Of a stretch of 64,000 nt of DNA, positions 1 to 10,185 are shown one piece after another. The stretch covers positions 512-64,511 of the forward strand of contig CANILH010000005.1 in the NCBI GenBank assembly GCA_947468665.1, written 5' to 3'. Position 1 is the first letter of the stretch. Every line of letters begins with the position of its first letter. The position numbers were made by a program, and so were the translations under genes. The stretch comes from Oligoflexales bacterium. Lineage in GTDB: Bacteria; Bdellovibrionota_B; Oligoflexia; Oligoflexales; RGVZ01. The notes below the pieces were generated by a model. That model ran no database searches. It was not told where the DNA came from and saw only the letters and a list, made by a program, of their open reading frames with translations.

Positions 1-1555
1 TGTCTTGTTTTGACTTCTGGTCGTCGCTCTTGTCTTTGCCGTCGTCGGGTTTTTTGTCGTCTTTTTTGTCATCCTTCTGAGCGTTGTCAGATTTATTTTC
101 CTGTTTTTTGTCTTGCTGCTGTTTGTCTTTATCGGATTCTTTGCCGTCTTTTTTCTGGTCTTGCTTCTGGGAATCCGACTTTCGTTTTGCCCACGCGAGA
201 TTATCCCGCACCTGCTGATCCTGGCTGTCCATGGCGAGTGCCACTTCATAGTGTTTCACGGCCTCGTCAAGTTTGCCGTCGGCTGCCAGGAGATTACCAA
301 GATTATAGTGTGCCCGTCGGGCGGGCTCCGAATTTCCACCGTCGGCCGTCAGTGCCTCAAATATCTCACGGGCCTTGGCGTTATCACCGGACGCCATGTG
401 TTCCACCCCTTGATTGTAACCGTCAAGCGCGCTCGGCGCGGCCTCGCCGCGTCCTGACGAAAGCGCCAACAACATCAGTAAAACCCCTGCCCCGCGGGCC
501 ACAGTCCGGGTGTCACTGAGGAGCAGCTCCAGCACGAGAAGCACAAATCCCAACGCCGCCGGCCACTGGTACCGTTCAAACCACACCCGTTCTTTTTTGG
601 CCTGAGTCTCACGCACCGTGCCTTTTGCGCGGATAATATCCTGGTATATTTTTGCTACCGATGCCCCGACGTCGCTGCCTTTGAGGTAGGTACCTCCGGT
701 TTTTTCGGCAATGGATTTCAGTGGTGCCTCAGCGAGGCGACTCACAACGACATTGCCGTCTTTGTCTTTAATAAATCCTCCATTGGGATCCATAATCGGC
801 GACCCAGCCTCAGAGGCCATGCCGACGGTGATGACCTTGGCCTTCGTCTTGACCACCTCACTGATGGCCCCGTCAATGTCTCCTTGATGATCCTCGCCGT
901 CAGTGAGAAGTATAATCACCTTGCCAAGACCTTTGTCCTCCTGCTGCTCGCCGCCAGCGTCAAGGGCACGAAGTGATTCCCGCAGAGCTCCCGCGATGTC
1001 GGTACCGCCGACAGGAATCATGTCTGTATTTAGAGAGTCCAGAAACGACCTCACGGCACCGTGATCCACCGTGAGCGGACACTGCACAAAAGCCGCTCCC
1101 GCGAACACCACCAGACCAATCCGGTCACCGGCGGCGACATCAAGTAAATCCACAATCATGCGTCTGGCTTGCTCAAGTCTTGACGGATCAAGATCCTGAG
1201 CCAGCATACTGCGGGACACATCAACGGCCACAACCATATCCATGCCGCTTTGACGACTCTCAGTCCACACCCAACCGATCCTGGGACCAGCACTGGCAAC
1301 GATAAGACTTCCTAAGGCCAGACAAAATATAATCCCTTTGGTCCATGCCATCACCCGCCTGAAAGTCCATTTACCCCGATCCCGGCCCACCGCGGCTAAA
1401 ATCACTTTTAACCTGGCGCGGTATCTTGTGTACGCGAGTCCAATCAGCAATGCCGTTATGGGCACAAGCGTCAGCCAATAAAGCCTCGTGGCGTCAAACC
1501 ACGCCATCTGCGGCAGCAGGCCAGCTAGACCTAATTTTTCGAGAAGAGTGTTCAT
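1..1555 (-). CDS. BatB/BatC-like VWA + TPR fusion protein with Q/K/D-rich tail (3' end runs off window)
   Basis: Not in the ORF track because it is truncated. Manual translation from ATG at 1555 (ATGA overlap with batA stop) gives MNTLLEKLG...GMDMVVAVDVSRSMLAQDLDPSRLEQARR (MIDAS DxSxS), then WFERYQWP + TM, TPR-like AHYNLGNLL...VRDNLAWA and a low-complexity QKQDQKKDGKESDKD tail. Confidence 0.88.
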   Translation of the reverse strand, partial: MNTLLEKLGLAGLLPQMAWFDATRLYWLTLVPITALLIGLAYTRYRARLKVILAAVGRDRGKWTFRRVMAWTKGIIFCLALGSLIVASAGPRIGWVWTESRQSGMDMVVAVDVSRSMLAQDLDPSRLEQARRMIVDLLDVAAGDRIGLVVFAGAAFVQCPLTVDHGAVRSFLDSLNTDMIPVGGTDIAGALRESLRALDAGGEQQEDKGLGKVIILLTDGEDHQGDIDGAISEVVKTKAKVITVGMASEAGSPIMDPNGGFIKDKDGNVVVSRLAEAPLKSIAEKTGGTYLKGSDVGASVAKIYQDIIRAKGTVRETQAKKERVWFERYQWPAALGFVLLVLELLLSDTRTVARGAGVLLMLLALSSGRGEAAPSALDGYNQGVEHMASGDNAKAREIFEALTADGGNSEPARRAHYNLGNLLAADGKLDEAVKHYEVALAMDSQDQQVRDNLAWAKRKSDSQKQDQKKDGKESDKDKQQQDKKQENKSDNAQKDDKKDDKKPDDGKDKSDDQKSKQD

Positions 1556-2583
1556 GCGGGAACTCTCCTGTATTTCGTGCAACGCCAAATAGCCTCAAGC
1601 AATAGCAGTAATGTCGCCATCACTAGCAACGTCGGAAAAACATCGCGGCCGTGGCGCTGGTCTTTTTCCTCACGGCGGGTTTTCTCGAGTTTGTCGATTT
1701 CGCGGTAGACATTGATCAACGCGTCGGTATCCATGGCCCGGCGATAGACTCCGCCCGTCTCATCGGCAATTGCTTTCAAAGTTTTCTCGTCAATGTCGGC
1801 TTTGATGTGGAACACGCGACCATTCTGAACAATGGGAACCACGCCCTCACTGCCCACGCCAATGGTATGGACCCTGATGCCAAGAGCTTTGGCGGCCTGA
1901 GCCGCGGCGATAGGATCAATGCGCCCCGCGTTATTGGCACCGTCCGTTAGTAACACTACAATGTGACTTTTGCCGGGAGTGTCTTTGAGGCGTTTGACCG
2001 CCGTGGCAAGTCCATCGCCGATGGCGGTGCCGTCGCCGGCCATTCCAATCTCGACCTTCTCCAGAAATTTCTGAAGCACGTCATGATCCAAAGTCAGCGG
2101 CGCCTGTGTAAACGCCTCGTTACCGAACACAACCATGCCGATGCGGTCGTCTGGTCGCGATCCAATGAAATCCGCGATCACCGCCTTGATCACCTCAAGA
2201 CGGTCAGGACGCTGTCCCCGCACCTCAAAGTCCCTGGCCCGCATGCTGCCAGAGGTGTCAATGGCAAGCATGATGTCCACGCCCTCGGACGTGCGTTTAC
2301 CCTGACGCTCACCTAGCTGCGGCCTCGCCAACGCGACAATCACGACCAGCATCGTAAGCGATCTGAGCACCCAACCACCGTGACGGAGCATCGGCGGACG
2401 GCGTCGTAATTCACGCGGCACCATAAAGTCCACACTCGCGATGGGAATCGCCCGCAATCTGGAGCGTTGATCCAAAACATATGGCAGCAGCACCACGGGC
2501 AACGCCCAGAACCAATCTGGTGTCACAAACGAAACTGGAATCGACGGCATCAACCAGCCAAAGAAACTATGCATCAAAGACAC
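1552..2583 (-). CDS. batA: BatA-like VWA domain protein
   Basis: N-terminal TM/ALARPQ, DTSGSM MIDAS motif, QAPLTLDH, GTAIGDGL, LLTDG, C-terminal TM. Confidence 0.9.
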   Translation of the reverse strand: MSLMHSFFGWLMPSIPVSFVTPDWFWALPVVLLPYVLDQRSRLRAIPIASVDFMVPRELRRRPPMLRHGGWVLRSLTMLVVIVALARPQLGERQGKRTSEGVDIMLAIDTSGSMRARDFEVRGQRPDRLEVIKAVIADFIGSRPDDRIGMVVFGNEAFTQAPLTLDHDVLQKFLEKVEIGMAGDGTAIGDGLATAVKRLKDTPGKSHIVVLLTDGANNAGRIDPIAAAQAAKALGIRVHTIGVGSEGVVPIVQNGRVFHIKADIDEKTLKAIADETGGVYRRAMDTDALINVYREIDKLEKTRREEKDQRHGRDVFPTLLVMATLLLLLEAIWRCTKYRRVPA

Positions 2584-3265
2584 GCAGTTCTCCTTTCTGA
2601 TTCACAATAGACGCGGCAGGCTGAGACTCAGTCGTCGCCGTCTCTAGCCGTTCACACCAGTGTCTTAGGGCGTCCAGTATCTCATCGGCGTTTGTTTTAC
2701 TGATTCGCGCACCGCCGAACCTGATGGCATCAAGTCTTTGCAGCGTCAAACGCAGCTCAATATCTGACAGCACCGTAAGCTTAAGTCTCTTGGTGGCGAG
2801 TAACGCCAATATTTCTTCTGTGGTACTTTCGGCCAGCGGTAACCCAGAGCGAATCTCGAGCCCGCGCCGAAGACAAAGACTAACCTCACTGCTGAACTGG
2901 TTCCATTCTTTGGTGAGGATCGGATTACTGACGGACCCCTCCGGAAACTCATCAGGAACCGCGATCTTAGCGATTGAATCTCTGAGCCTCGCCCAGGCAG
3001 TTGGGTCAATGGGTATCAAGCCCACTTGGTCTTTCATCCGCTGACGTTCTTTACGCCAACGCATAAAAAACAAAACTCCGGCGGTCACGAGTGCCGCTGC
3101 CAGCAGAACGACCGCACCCGCTAAAAATGGCCCTGGCGTCATCCCATTGGTCGCAACCAATGGCCCTTTCATGCCGTGGGGTGGCGTTTTATCGATAACT
3201 TCAGTTTGTTCTGTAGGCTTATCTGAAATATTTTTATTTTTAATCGCGGTTGCAGACTGACTCAT
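2567..3265 (-). CDS. Membrane-anchored hypothetical protein of the Bat operon (DUF4381-like position)
   Basis: Single TM followed by a basic patch. ESTTEEIL and LDAIRFG resemble Bat-operon accessory proteins. Overlaps both neighbours. Confidence 0.65.
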   Translation of the reverse strand: MSQSATAIKNKNISDKPTEQTEVIDKTPPHGMKGPLVATNGMTPGPFLAGAVVLLAAALVTAGVLFFMRWRKERQRMKDQVGLIPIDPTAWARLRDSIAKIAVPDEFPEGSVSNPILTKEWNQFSSEVSLCLRRGLEIRSGLPLAESTTEEILALLATKRLKLTVLSDIELRLTLQRLDAIRFGGARISKTNADEILDALRHWCERLETATTESQPAASIVNQKGELRVFDA

Positions 3266-4164
3266 TTGCGCCGCCTCCCACCCTCATGCCGGCGCAGATA
3301 CGCGGCAAGAGGATCAACAACGGACGCGCCGGACTTCACGGCGAACATATCAGCGCCGGACTTACGGACGATATCCTCCAATGCCTTCTGACGGGCCTGA
3401 TGAGCCTCGGTAATGAGCTTACGGGCACGGGCATCCGAGGTATCTATCTCAAGCAACTCACCGGTCTCACGATCCACGAACACACTCACGCCGCCATTGA
3501 ATCGACCCCGGCCGGTCTCTAAAATCCCGTCCAAAGGATCTTGAGTCATGTGCACACAGGTCACGTCGTGTTGACGGGACACGCGTCCTAAAGATTTAGA
3601 GACGGGTGTCGTCAAAAAATCCGAGATCAAAAAACAAACGGCACGGCGTTTGACCATTTTTGCGACGTGATCAAGGGCACCGTCAATATTAGTTCCTTTG
3701 GATTGTCCGCTCCATGTAATCACGTCACGGATAATCCGCCAAACGTGGCCCTGGCCTTTACGCGGGGGGACAAACAACTCAACCGTCTCGCCAAAAAGCA
3801 TCAGCCCAACGCAGTCATTACTGCGGATCGCGAGCCATGCGAGGACAGCGGCGAGTTCGGCTGCGGCCTCACGCCGAGAGCGACCGGCACCAGACGCGAG
3901 AGATGCACTCACATCCACCAAAAGCATCAGCGTGAGCTCACGTTCCTCGCGGAAGACTTTAATAAACGGCTGGTCCATTCTCGCTGTGACATTCCAGTCA
4001 ATCCCGCGGACGTCATCCCCCGGCACGTACTCACGCACCTCATGAAACTCCATACCCCGCCCGTGAAACGCGCTGGCGTAGTTTCCACTCATCAGGTCAG
4101 TCGCTACATGCCGACCCCGGAGATTGAGTGATTTTATTCTGGCTATAACCTCAGCAGACAGCAT
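3262..4164 (-). CDS. DUF58 family protein (MoxR partner)
   Basis: GMEFHEVREYVPGDDVRGIDWNVTAR and LLVDVSAS signature. Confidence 0.93.
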   Translation of the reverse strand: MLSAEVIARIKSLNLRGRHVATDLMSGNYASAFHGRGMEFHEVREYVPGDDVRGIDWNVTARMDQPFIKVFREERELTLMLLVDVSASLASGAGRSRREAAAELAAVLAWLAIRSNDCVGLMLFGETVELFVPPRKGQGHVWRIIRDVITWSGQSKGTNIDGALDHVAKMVKRRAVCFLISDFLTTPVSKSLGRVSRQHDVTCVHMTQDPLDGILETGRGRFNGGVSVFVDRETGELLEIDTSDARARKLITEAHQARQKALEDIVRKSGADMFAVKSGASVVDPLAAYLRRHEGGRRRK

Positions 4165-4179
4165 CTATGATACCGAACC

Positions 4180-5163
4180 TCAGGGAACTTCAACCCGGTC
4201 AAGAATTTTCTGAACAACACGGTCGCTGGAAATTTGCTCCGCCTCGGCCGCGTAACTGAGCGTGACACGGTGTCTGAGAATATCCACAGCCACGTCTTTG
4301 ATGTCCTGGGGTGTCACATAATCCCGTCCCATGAGCATCGCGTTTACACGAGACGCCTTCTCAAGGAATAAGCTTGCTCTGGGACTCGCGCCGGTCTCAA
4401 TCCATGGCACAACATCTGTAATTTTGAACCTCGCCGGATCACGGGTCGCGAACACCAGGCTGACAATATACTGATGAATTTTGTCAGATACCCGGACTTT
4501 AGCGGCAAGCTGACGGCCCTCGACAATATCTGAGCGTGACAGCACGGATTTTAGCGGATCAGTCAGACCACCGGAACTCGCGCGACGCAGCATCTCGATC
4601 TCGTCACGTTCCGTACCATAGCTAACTTTGACTTTGAACATGAACCGGTCCACCTGGGCCTCAGGCAATGGATAGGTGCCTTCCTGGTCCACGGGGTTCT
4701 GAGTCGCCATCACAAGAAACGGCTGCTCTAGAGTAAACGTCTCACCACCAATCGTGATCTGGCGTTCTTGCATAGCCTCAAGTAACGCTGACTGGACTTT
4801 TGCCGGAGCGCGGTTGATCTCATCGGCCAAAACGAGATTGGCGAAGAGCGGTCCTTTGCGCACATGAAATGTTCCTTGTTTGGGATCATATACTTGAGTT
4901 CCCGTCACATCCGCGGGGAGAAGATCCGGTGTAAACTGAATCCGTGAGAATTTCAGTCCTGTGAGTTCACTCATGGTTTTGATCGCAGTTGTTTTGGCGA
5001 GGCCTGGCAGACCCTCAAGCAAAACGTGGCCATCGGCGAGCAACGCCATAAGAAGTCTCTGACCAACGTGAGTCTGACCAACAATGCGCGAGGAAAATCC
5101 CGCGAGAACCATCTCAATTCGTGACGCGTACTGTTTAATTTCGGCAGTTACAGCAGAATCCAC
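4180..5163 (-). CDS. moxR: MoxR family AAA+ ATPase
   Basis: LEGLPGLAKT Walker A, RIQFTPDLLPAD, LADEINRAPAKVQSALLEAM, ATQNPVDQEGTYPLPEAQVDRF. Confidence 0.96.
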   Translation of the reverse strand: MDSAVTAEIKQYASRIEMVLAGFSSRIVGQTHVGQRLLMALLADGHVLLEGLPGLAKTTAIKTMSELTGLKFSRIQFTPDLLPADVTGTQVYDPKQGTFHVRKGPLFANLVLADEINRAPAKVQSALLEAMQERQITIGGETFTLEQPFLVMATQNPVDQEGTYPLPEAQVDRFMFKVKVSYGTERDEIEMLRRASSGGLTDPLKSVLSRSDIVEGRQLAAKVRVSDKIHQYIVSLVFATRDPARFKITDVVPWIETGASPRASLFLEKASRVNAMLMGRDYVTPQDIKDVAVDILRHRVTLSYAAEAEQISSDRVVQKILDRVEVP

Positions 5164-5223
5164 AAAAACCTCCCAGATATATACGTGATATCAGGAGATA
5201 GTTTATAAAAGCCGCTGGATTAA

Positions 5224-6483
5224 TCAAGAGGCTATCGGTGGTATCACCCAATAGCAACCCATGCGGTGATTCATCCCGGAAATCCTATCCCGCAATGCCG
5301 CGACGCCATCACTCTCACGCCAGTCAAAATCGGTCAGGTTTAATGTTTCTCTCATGATTTTTATTTTCGGCCAGATCATCCGTGCCCATGCCAAATGTGG
5401 CTCTTCACTGAGCTGCTGAAGAATGAATCGCATGCCGCGCCTCTCCTGGCGCGCCACAATCAGAATATCAATCCACCAGCTGGCAAACCGGATATCGATA
5501 CGGTAGAGCTTATGGGCCTCAAATAGCTTCAGCAGCCGCGGATCCTCAGCCGTTGGGTACGAGTGCCCAAGCAACTCCAGAAAAGACTCCCACTCCTCGG
5601 CGGCTATAAGATCGGTCAGTCTCCGCATGCGCTCATCAGGGGACATGGCTCGTGATTTGACTATACGGCTTAGGGCAGGTTCTCGCAGCGCCGAACCCTG
5701 ACGCGACACTGATGTCTGATTGACCGAGAGCATCGCATGCCTTGACTGTTCTTTGGCCGGTATGGCCTCGGGTATGCCCGCTCCGGGAGCCTCCACAGAG
5801 ACCCGGGCAACCGACCCCTCAGCCAGTGCGCGCTGAACAGGCGCGGGATCCACCGCGACTGGCATCTCTACAGACTTAGGTTTTTCTACCGGTTTTGATT
5901 CCGGCGGCAACAATACGGTCGCTGGTGCCAGATCCAACTTGAAATCAGATACGGAGAACACTTTGACGACAATATTCTCATTTGTCGGAGGGGTCGTCTC
6001 GATATCGAAATGAGCCAATGGCAGGAAGTTGCTCCTGGTTGGCTCACCCACTAGATCACTGACGAACGATCCCGATAATTTTGCAGCCGGCTCCGGCGCC
6101 CCGGAAAGCACCATCGTCACATGCTCCTCAATCGTAATGCGGGAGACGCTTTTGTCATCATTAGACAACTTGCCACTCACGAGCCGCTTCGCCTCAAGAC
6201 GAATACGCTCAGCCTTTTCTTTTTTGCCAAGCCTATCGAGCGCGTCACTAATCAAAACAAGGCTTTCCATATCACGGAGGCCTGATTTATAGACCATCCA
6301 GGAGACCTCAATCGCCCTGCGCGGCGCGGTTTGAATTAGTGCCCCCCCAAGGCGCAGCACAGCATCAACCCGCTCATACTCGGGCGTATCGGCCGCAAGC
6401 ACAAGAAAACGGTCTACCAGTACGGTATCCGTGGGATTTGACTTAATGATATCCAGCAGACGTGCCAGCCCGGGCCCGATCAT
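5224..6483 (-). CDS. Hypothetical protein (helical N- and C-terminal domains, Pro/Ala-rich linker)
   Basis: 419-aa ORF with GGGAGG SD, co-oriented between accC and moxR. No recognised catalytic motif. Confidence 0.75.
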   Translation of the reverse strand: MIGPGLARLLDIIKSNPTDTVLVDRFLVLAADTPEYERVDAVLRLGGALIQTAPRRAIEVSWMVYKSGLRDMESLVLISDALDRLGKKEKAERIRLEAKRLVSGKLSNDDKSVSRITIEEHVTMVLSGAPEPAAKLSGSFVSDLVGEPTRSNFLPLAHFDIETTPPTNENIVVKVFSVSDFKLDLAPATVLLPPESKPVEKPKSVEMPVAVDPAPVQRALAEGSVARVSVEAPGAGIPEAIPAKEQSRHAMLSVNQTSVSRQGSALREPALSRIVKSRAMSPDERMRRLTDLIAAEEWESFLELLGHSYPTAEDPRLLKLFEAHKLYRIDIRFASWWIDILIVARQERRGMRFILQQLSEEPHLAWARMIWPKIKIMRETLNLTDFDWRESDGVAALRDRISGMNHRMGCYWVIPPIAS

Positions 6484-6486
6484 AGG

Positions 6487-6526
6487 AAACCTCCCTTATG
6501 CCCTGTCATCGGCATAAGGGAGGTTT
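6487..6526 (-). terminator. Perfect 16-bp hairpin downstream of accC that also covers the SD of the next gene
   Basis: aaacctcccttatgcc-N8-ggcataagggaggttt. Confidence 0.55.
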
Positions 6527-6587
6527 AGATAACAAGGTAATATTTACCGGGCTCTGATCAAAACCCTAAACAGCCCTAGGCCACGGG

Positions 6588-7922
6588 TTATACGCCCCAC
6601 TCCTGCAGAAACCGGGTTGAAACTTGACCCTCAATGAAGCGTTTATCGTCCAAAACCCGCTGATGAAACGGAATGTTGGTGCGAATTCCGTCCACTTTCA
6701 TTTCGCGCAGCGACCGACGCATACGAGCCAGACACTCTTCACGGTCACGGCCCCAGGTGATGAGCTTAGCGACCATGGAGTCATATAGAGACGGAACCGT
6801 ATATCCCGCATAAAGCATTCCGTCGACGCGAACTCCCGGTCCACCCGGCTCGTGATATCCAGTGACTTTACCTGGCCACGGCGCAAAGGTTGTCGGATCC
6901 TCAGCGTTAATACGACACTCGAGGGCATGACCTCTTAGCTCGATTTTCGCGGGATCAAACGAAAGCTTATGGCCTCTCGCAATATTGATTTGTTCTTTAA
7001 TCAGGTCGACACTGGTGATCATCTCAGTGACGGGATGTTCCACTTGAGCCCTGGTATTGACTTCCATAAAGTAAAAACGCCCGTCCTCATCCATCAGAAA
7101 CTCAACAGTCCCGAGACTTTGATAGCCGACAGCTTTTGCGAGACGAACAGCGGTGTCGCCTATTTCCTTACGGCTGGCAGGCGTCATGATCGGGCATGGC
7201 GCTTCCTCAAGAAGTTTTTGGTGACGGCGCTGAATCGAGCAATCACGCTCACCCAAATGGGTGACATTACCGTGCTCATCAGCGACCAGCTGCACCTCAA
7301 CGTGACGGGGACGCTCACAATAACGCTCAATGAACACCTCTGGATTGCCGAATCCAACCAAGGCCTCACTACGGGCAAGGTCAAACTGCTTTCCGAGCTC
7401 ATCCATCGAACGGACGATTTTCATACCGCGTCCACCACCACCGGCGGAGGCTTTGATAATGAGCGGAAAGCCAATTTCTTTGGCAAGTTTTTCGGCTTCG
7501 GACTGAGTCTGGATAGCACCAGTGCTTCCAGGCAGCATAGGAACGCCTGCCTTCTCAGCGAAAGCCCGGGCCTCGACTTTGTTGCCGAGTGCATGAATAT
7601 GACTCGCCTTCGGACCGATAAATTTCACGCCGTATTTTTCGCAGATCTCAGCGAATTTGGCGTTCTCCGACAAGAATCCGTAACCAGGGTGAATAGCATC
7701 CACACCGGCGATCTCTGCCGCGCTCATAATAGCAGGAATAGAAAGATAGCTTTTGGCGCTTGGGCCAGGACCGATACAGATACTCTCATCAGCGATACGC
7801 GTATGCAGCGCGTCACGGTCCGCCAGACTGTGGACGGCAACTGTCTTAAGACCCAACTCCTGGCAGGCGCGTATTACGCGGACAGCTATTTCTCCGCGAT
7901 TGGCAATCAGAACCTTTTTCAT
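6588..7922 (-). CDS. accC: Acetyl-CoA carboxylase, biotin carboxylase subunit
   Basis: KVLIANRGEIAVR, IHPGYGFLSEN, GGGGRGM, ERDCSIQRRHQK, FMEVNTRAQVEHPVTE. Confidence 0.97.
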   Translation of the reverse strand: MKKVLIANRGEIAVRVIRACQELGLKTVAVHSLADRDALHTRIADESICIGPGPSAKSYLSIPAIMSAAEIAGVDAIHPGYGFLSENAKFAEICEKYGVKFIGPKASHIHALGNKVEARAFAEKAGVPMLPGSTGAIQTQSEAEKLAKEIGFPLIIKASAGGGGRGMKIVRSMDELGKQFDLARSEALVGFGNPEVFIERYCERPRHVEVQLVADEHGNVTHLGERDCSIQRRHQKLLEEAPCPIMTPASRKEIGDTAVRLAKAVGYQSLGTVEFLMDEDGRFYFMEVNTRAQVEHPVTEMITSVDLIKEQINIARGHKLSFDPAKIELRGHALECRINAEDPTTFAPWPGKVTGYHEPGGPGVRVDGMLYAGYTVPSLYDSMVAKLITWGRDREECLARMRRSLREMKVDGIRTNIPFHQRVLDDKRFIEGQVSTRFLQEWGV

Positions 7923-7972
7923 AGGATCACCTTTTCATGGCTCAGATGTTTTCTAGTGATGTCTTAAATGAC

Positions 7973-8422
7973 TTACTCGATAACAAACAAAGCCTGATCA
8001 AACTCGACTGGCTGTCCGTTTTCGACCAGCATTTCACGGACCACACCTTCGCGGTCGGCCTCAATCTCGTTCATGAGTTTCATAGCCTCAACAATGCAAA
8101 GGGTTTGACCCTTGCGCACCCGGGCACCGATCTCAACAAATGGATCAGACCCTGGAGTTGAGGAACGGTAAAATGTCCCGACAAACGGTGACTTCAGGAT
8201 GTGGCCGTTGGCAAAGCCTTTGACGGTCCCCGCGGGCGCGTCAGACATCGGGGCCGCTGGTGCCTGCATTGCCATACCGTGAGTCATCATCGGCATTGCG
8301 CCCATGGAGCTCGCCGCCTGCATGGTGACCTCGATTTTGTGATCTTTTGATTCGATTTTTACGTGATTGAATCCCTGCTTACGCATGAGATCCATCAACT
8401 GCTCTACGCTTTTCAGATCCAT
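7973..8422 (-). CDS. accB: Biotin carboxyl carrier protein
   Basis: [10 protein letters not shown] and EAMKLMNEI biotinylation motif. Confidence 0.97.
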   Translation of the reverse strand: MDLKSVEQLMDLMRKQGFNHVKIESKDHKIEVTMQAASSMGAMPMMTHGMAMQAPAAPMSDAPAGTVKGFANGHILKSPFVGTFYRSSTPGSDPFVEIGARVRKGQTLCIVEAMKLMNEIEADREGVVREMLVENGQPVEFDQALFVIE

Positions 8423-8486
8423 ATTTCACCTGTCCATTAATTAAAATCCACGCCACATGGCGCGGATGTCAGATAAACGATTTAAA

Positions 8487-9050
8487 TCAGCTCTGAACTT
8501 TGGAAAGATACTCGTTCGTCCTGGTGTCGATCCGGATTAGATCGCCCTCTTTAATATGAAATGGCACCTGCACGGTAAGGCCAGTCTCAAGCTTGGCTGG
8601 CTTACCGCCGCCGCCGGATGTATCGCCTTTGATATTTGGCTGAGTCTCGGCGACTTTAAGATCCACGTGGTTATCGACCTCAACGGCCACTGCGCGTCCA
8701 CGGAAAAAAGTCACACGGGCATTAGTATTCTCAACGATATAGTTGCGGGCTTCGCTCACCTCATCCTTGGACAAGGTGAACTGCTCGTAGTTGGAAACAT
8801 CCATAAACGACCAACGATCACCGTCATTATATAGATATTGCATTTCGCGCATCTCAACATCCGGCACGTTGACCTTATCACCGGACTTAAATGTGACCTC
8901 GACAACCTGGCCTGACTCGAGATTTTTAAGTCTGGTACGGCAAAACGCGTTGCCTTTACCTGGGCTGACGTGCTGAAAATCGACAATGACCCAAGCCTTA
9001 TTGTTATATTCAATTTTCAAACCTTTGCGGAAATCCTGAGTCGAGTACAT
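8487..9050 (-). CDS. efp: Elongation factor P
   Basis: HVSPGKGNAF loop (Lys type), KPAKLETGLTVQVPFHI, IDTR. Confidence 0.97.
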   Translation of the reverse strand: MYSTQDFRKGLKIEYNNKAWVIVDFQHVSPGKGNAFCRTRLKNLESGQVVEVTFKSGDKVNVPDVEMREMQYLYNDGDRWSFMDVSNYEQFTLSKDEVSEARNYIVENTNARVTFFRGRAVAVEVDNHVDLKVAETQPNIKGDTSGGGGKPAKLETGLTVQVPFHIKEGDLIRIDTRTNEYLSKVQS

Positions 9051-9195
9051 GCTGATTCCTCATACGAAAATAAGCGCCAGGCATCACGGTGCCCTGCAAA
9101 TGTTGGGATAATGTACCTTAATTACTGGCATCTACGCAATACATTGCATGTTTACAGAAAGTCGAAAGGTAATCCTGTCAGCGGTCAAAAGATAG

Positions 9196-9930
9196 TCATG
9201 CTGGTTTTTTGTGCGCTGGTACCGCCAAAAAGCCTCCGCGGATCGTAAAAGATCGTAATTTAGTCACTTTTTCTTCGCCGAGACCCACGAATTCAAGCTC
9301 AGCCTGGTACTTGCCCCAGCTCTGCTTCCTACATTTATTGACGCGGAAAATAATATGATCCTCTTTGTGATCCAGCACCTGTTGAAGCTCATTAATAACA
9401 AGAGAGACCACAGCCCCTTCCAGGAAAAGGACGGAGGAAGTCACGACCACGCCAGTCTCGGAGACGTCGGTTGCCAATAGATCTGGCTGAATCGCCTCGA
9501 TCTTATGCAGCTGCGCTTTAAAGCTGCAGTTTGCGCTGGAGTAGCGTTCTCCGCCAGAGTTGTTGCCCATGAGCTTGGTTATTTTTTCCAGAAGAGTGCC
9601 GGACAACACTGGCTTTACGATATAATCGCCCGCACCCATGGACACCGCGCGTTTCACGGTATCTGAGTCGCGCCGTGATGATACAAAGCAAATCTTTGGG
9701 TTAAATACCGGGTTCTGGGCTTTAACTTTGTCAAGAAACTCAAATGCCGTGACGTCACCAAGCTGGACATCAAGTAGCAGAAGATCAAATGCGAAATCAT
9801 GCTCGATGGCCGCCTCGACGCCTTTTTGCGAGCTGCTTACGCCGATTACTTTATGGCCGGCGCTCCGCAGCACCATGCATAAATAGTGCAGCAGCTCGTT
9901 GTTGTCCTCTATGACCATAATTGAAGTCAT
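9196..9930 (-). CDS. Response regulator with receiver + PilZ-like C-terminal domain
   Basis: IMVIEDN...LLLLDVQL...YIVKP receiver. C-terminal DVSETG resembles the PilZ D/NxSxxG motif. Confidence 0.8.
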   Translation of the reverse strand: MTSIMVIEDNNELLHYLCMVLRSAGHKVIGVSSSQKGVEAAIEHDFAFDLLLLDVQLGDVTAFEFLDKVKAQNPVFNPKICFVSSRRDSDTVKRAVSMGAGDYIVKPVLSGTLLEKITKLMGNNSGGERYSSANCSFKAQLHKIEAIQPDLLATDVSETGVVVTSSVLFLEGAVVSLVINELQQVLDHKEDHIIFRVNKCRKQSWGKYQAELEFVGLGEEKVTKLRSFTIRGGFLAVPAHKKPA

Positions 9931-10004
9931 GATCCATGCTCCATAATCTGTTCATCTGACGAATCAACTCAACCCATCCAGCCGGGGCGATAAACTCAAG
10001 TGAA

Positions 10005-10031
10005 TGATCGACACTTCATGGAAAATCTTGA
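10005..10031 (-). promoter_or_regulatory. Putative sigma-28 (FliA) promoter for the response regulator
   Basis: Minus strand TCAA-N15-GTCGATCA versus consensus TAAA-N15-GCCGATAA. Confidence 0.5.
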
Positions 10032-10146
10032 GGAAAAAGAGCTTCGACTTCAAAGAAATAAGGATTCAGGAGCCAGAACGACCGGCTCTTAAAATAGCAA
10101 TAAATACATATATTTACTTTGTCTCGCCGTTTATTTTCATCCCGAC

Positions 10147-10173
10147 TTTAGTTTAGTCGCAGCCTGCCGATAG
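10147..10173 (+). promoter_or_regulatory. Putative sigma-28 (FliA) promoter for the Hpt gene
   Basis: TTTAGTTT-N11-GCCGATAG versus TAAAGTTT-N11-GCCGATAA. Confidence 0.6.
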
Positions 10174-10185
10174 AGTGCTCTAACC

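Noticed and set aside
10-519. Plus-strand ORFs 10..519 and 113..457
   Set aside because: They are antisense shadows of the low-complexity Q/K/D tail and TPR of the minus-strand BatB/C gene.
6969-7967. 332-aa plus-strand ORF
   Set aside because: It is antisense to accC, has no motifs and is a typical codon-bias shadow.
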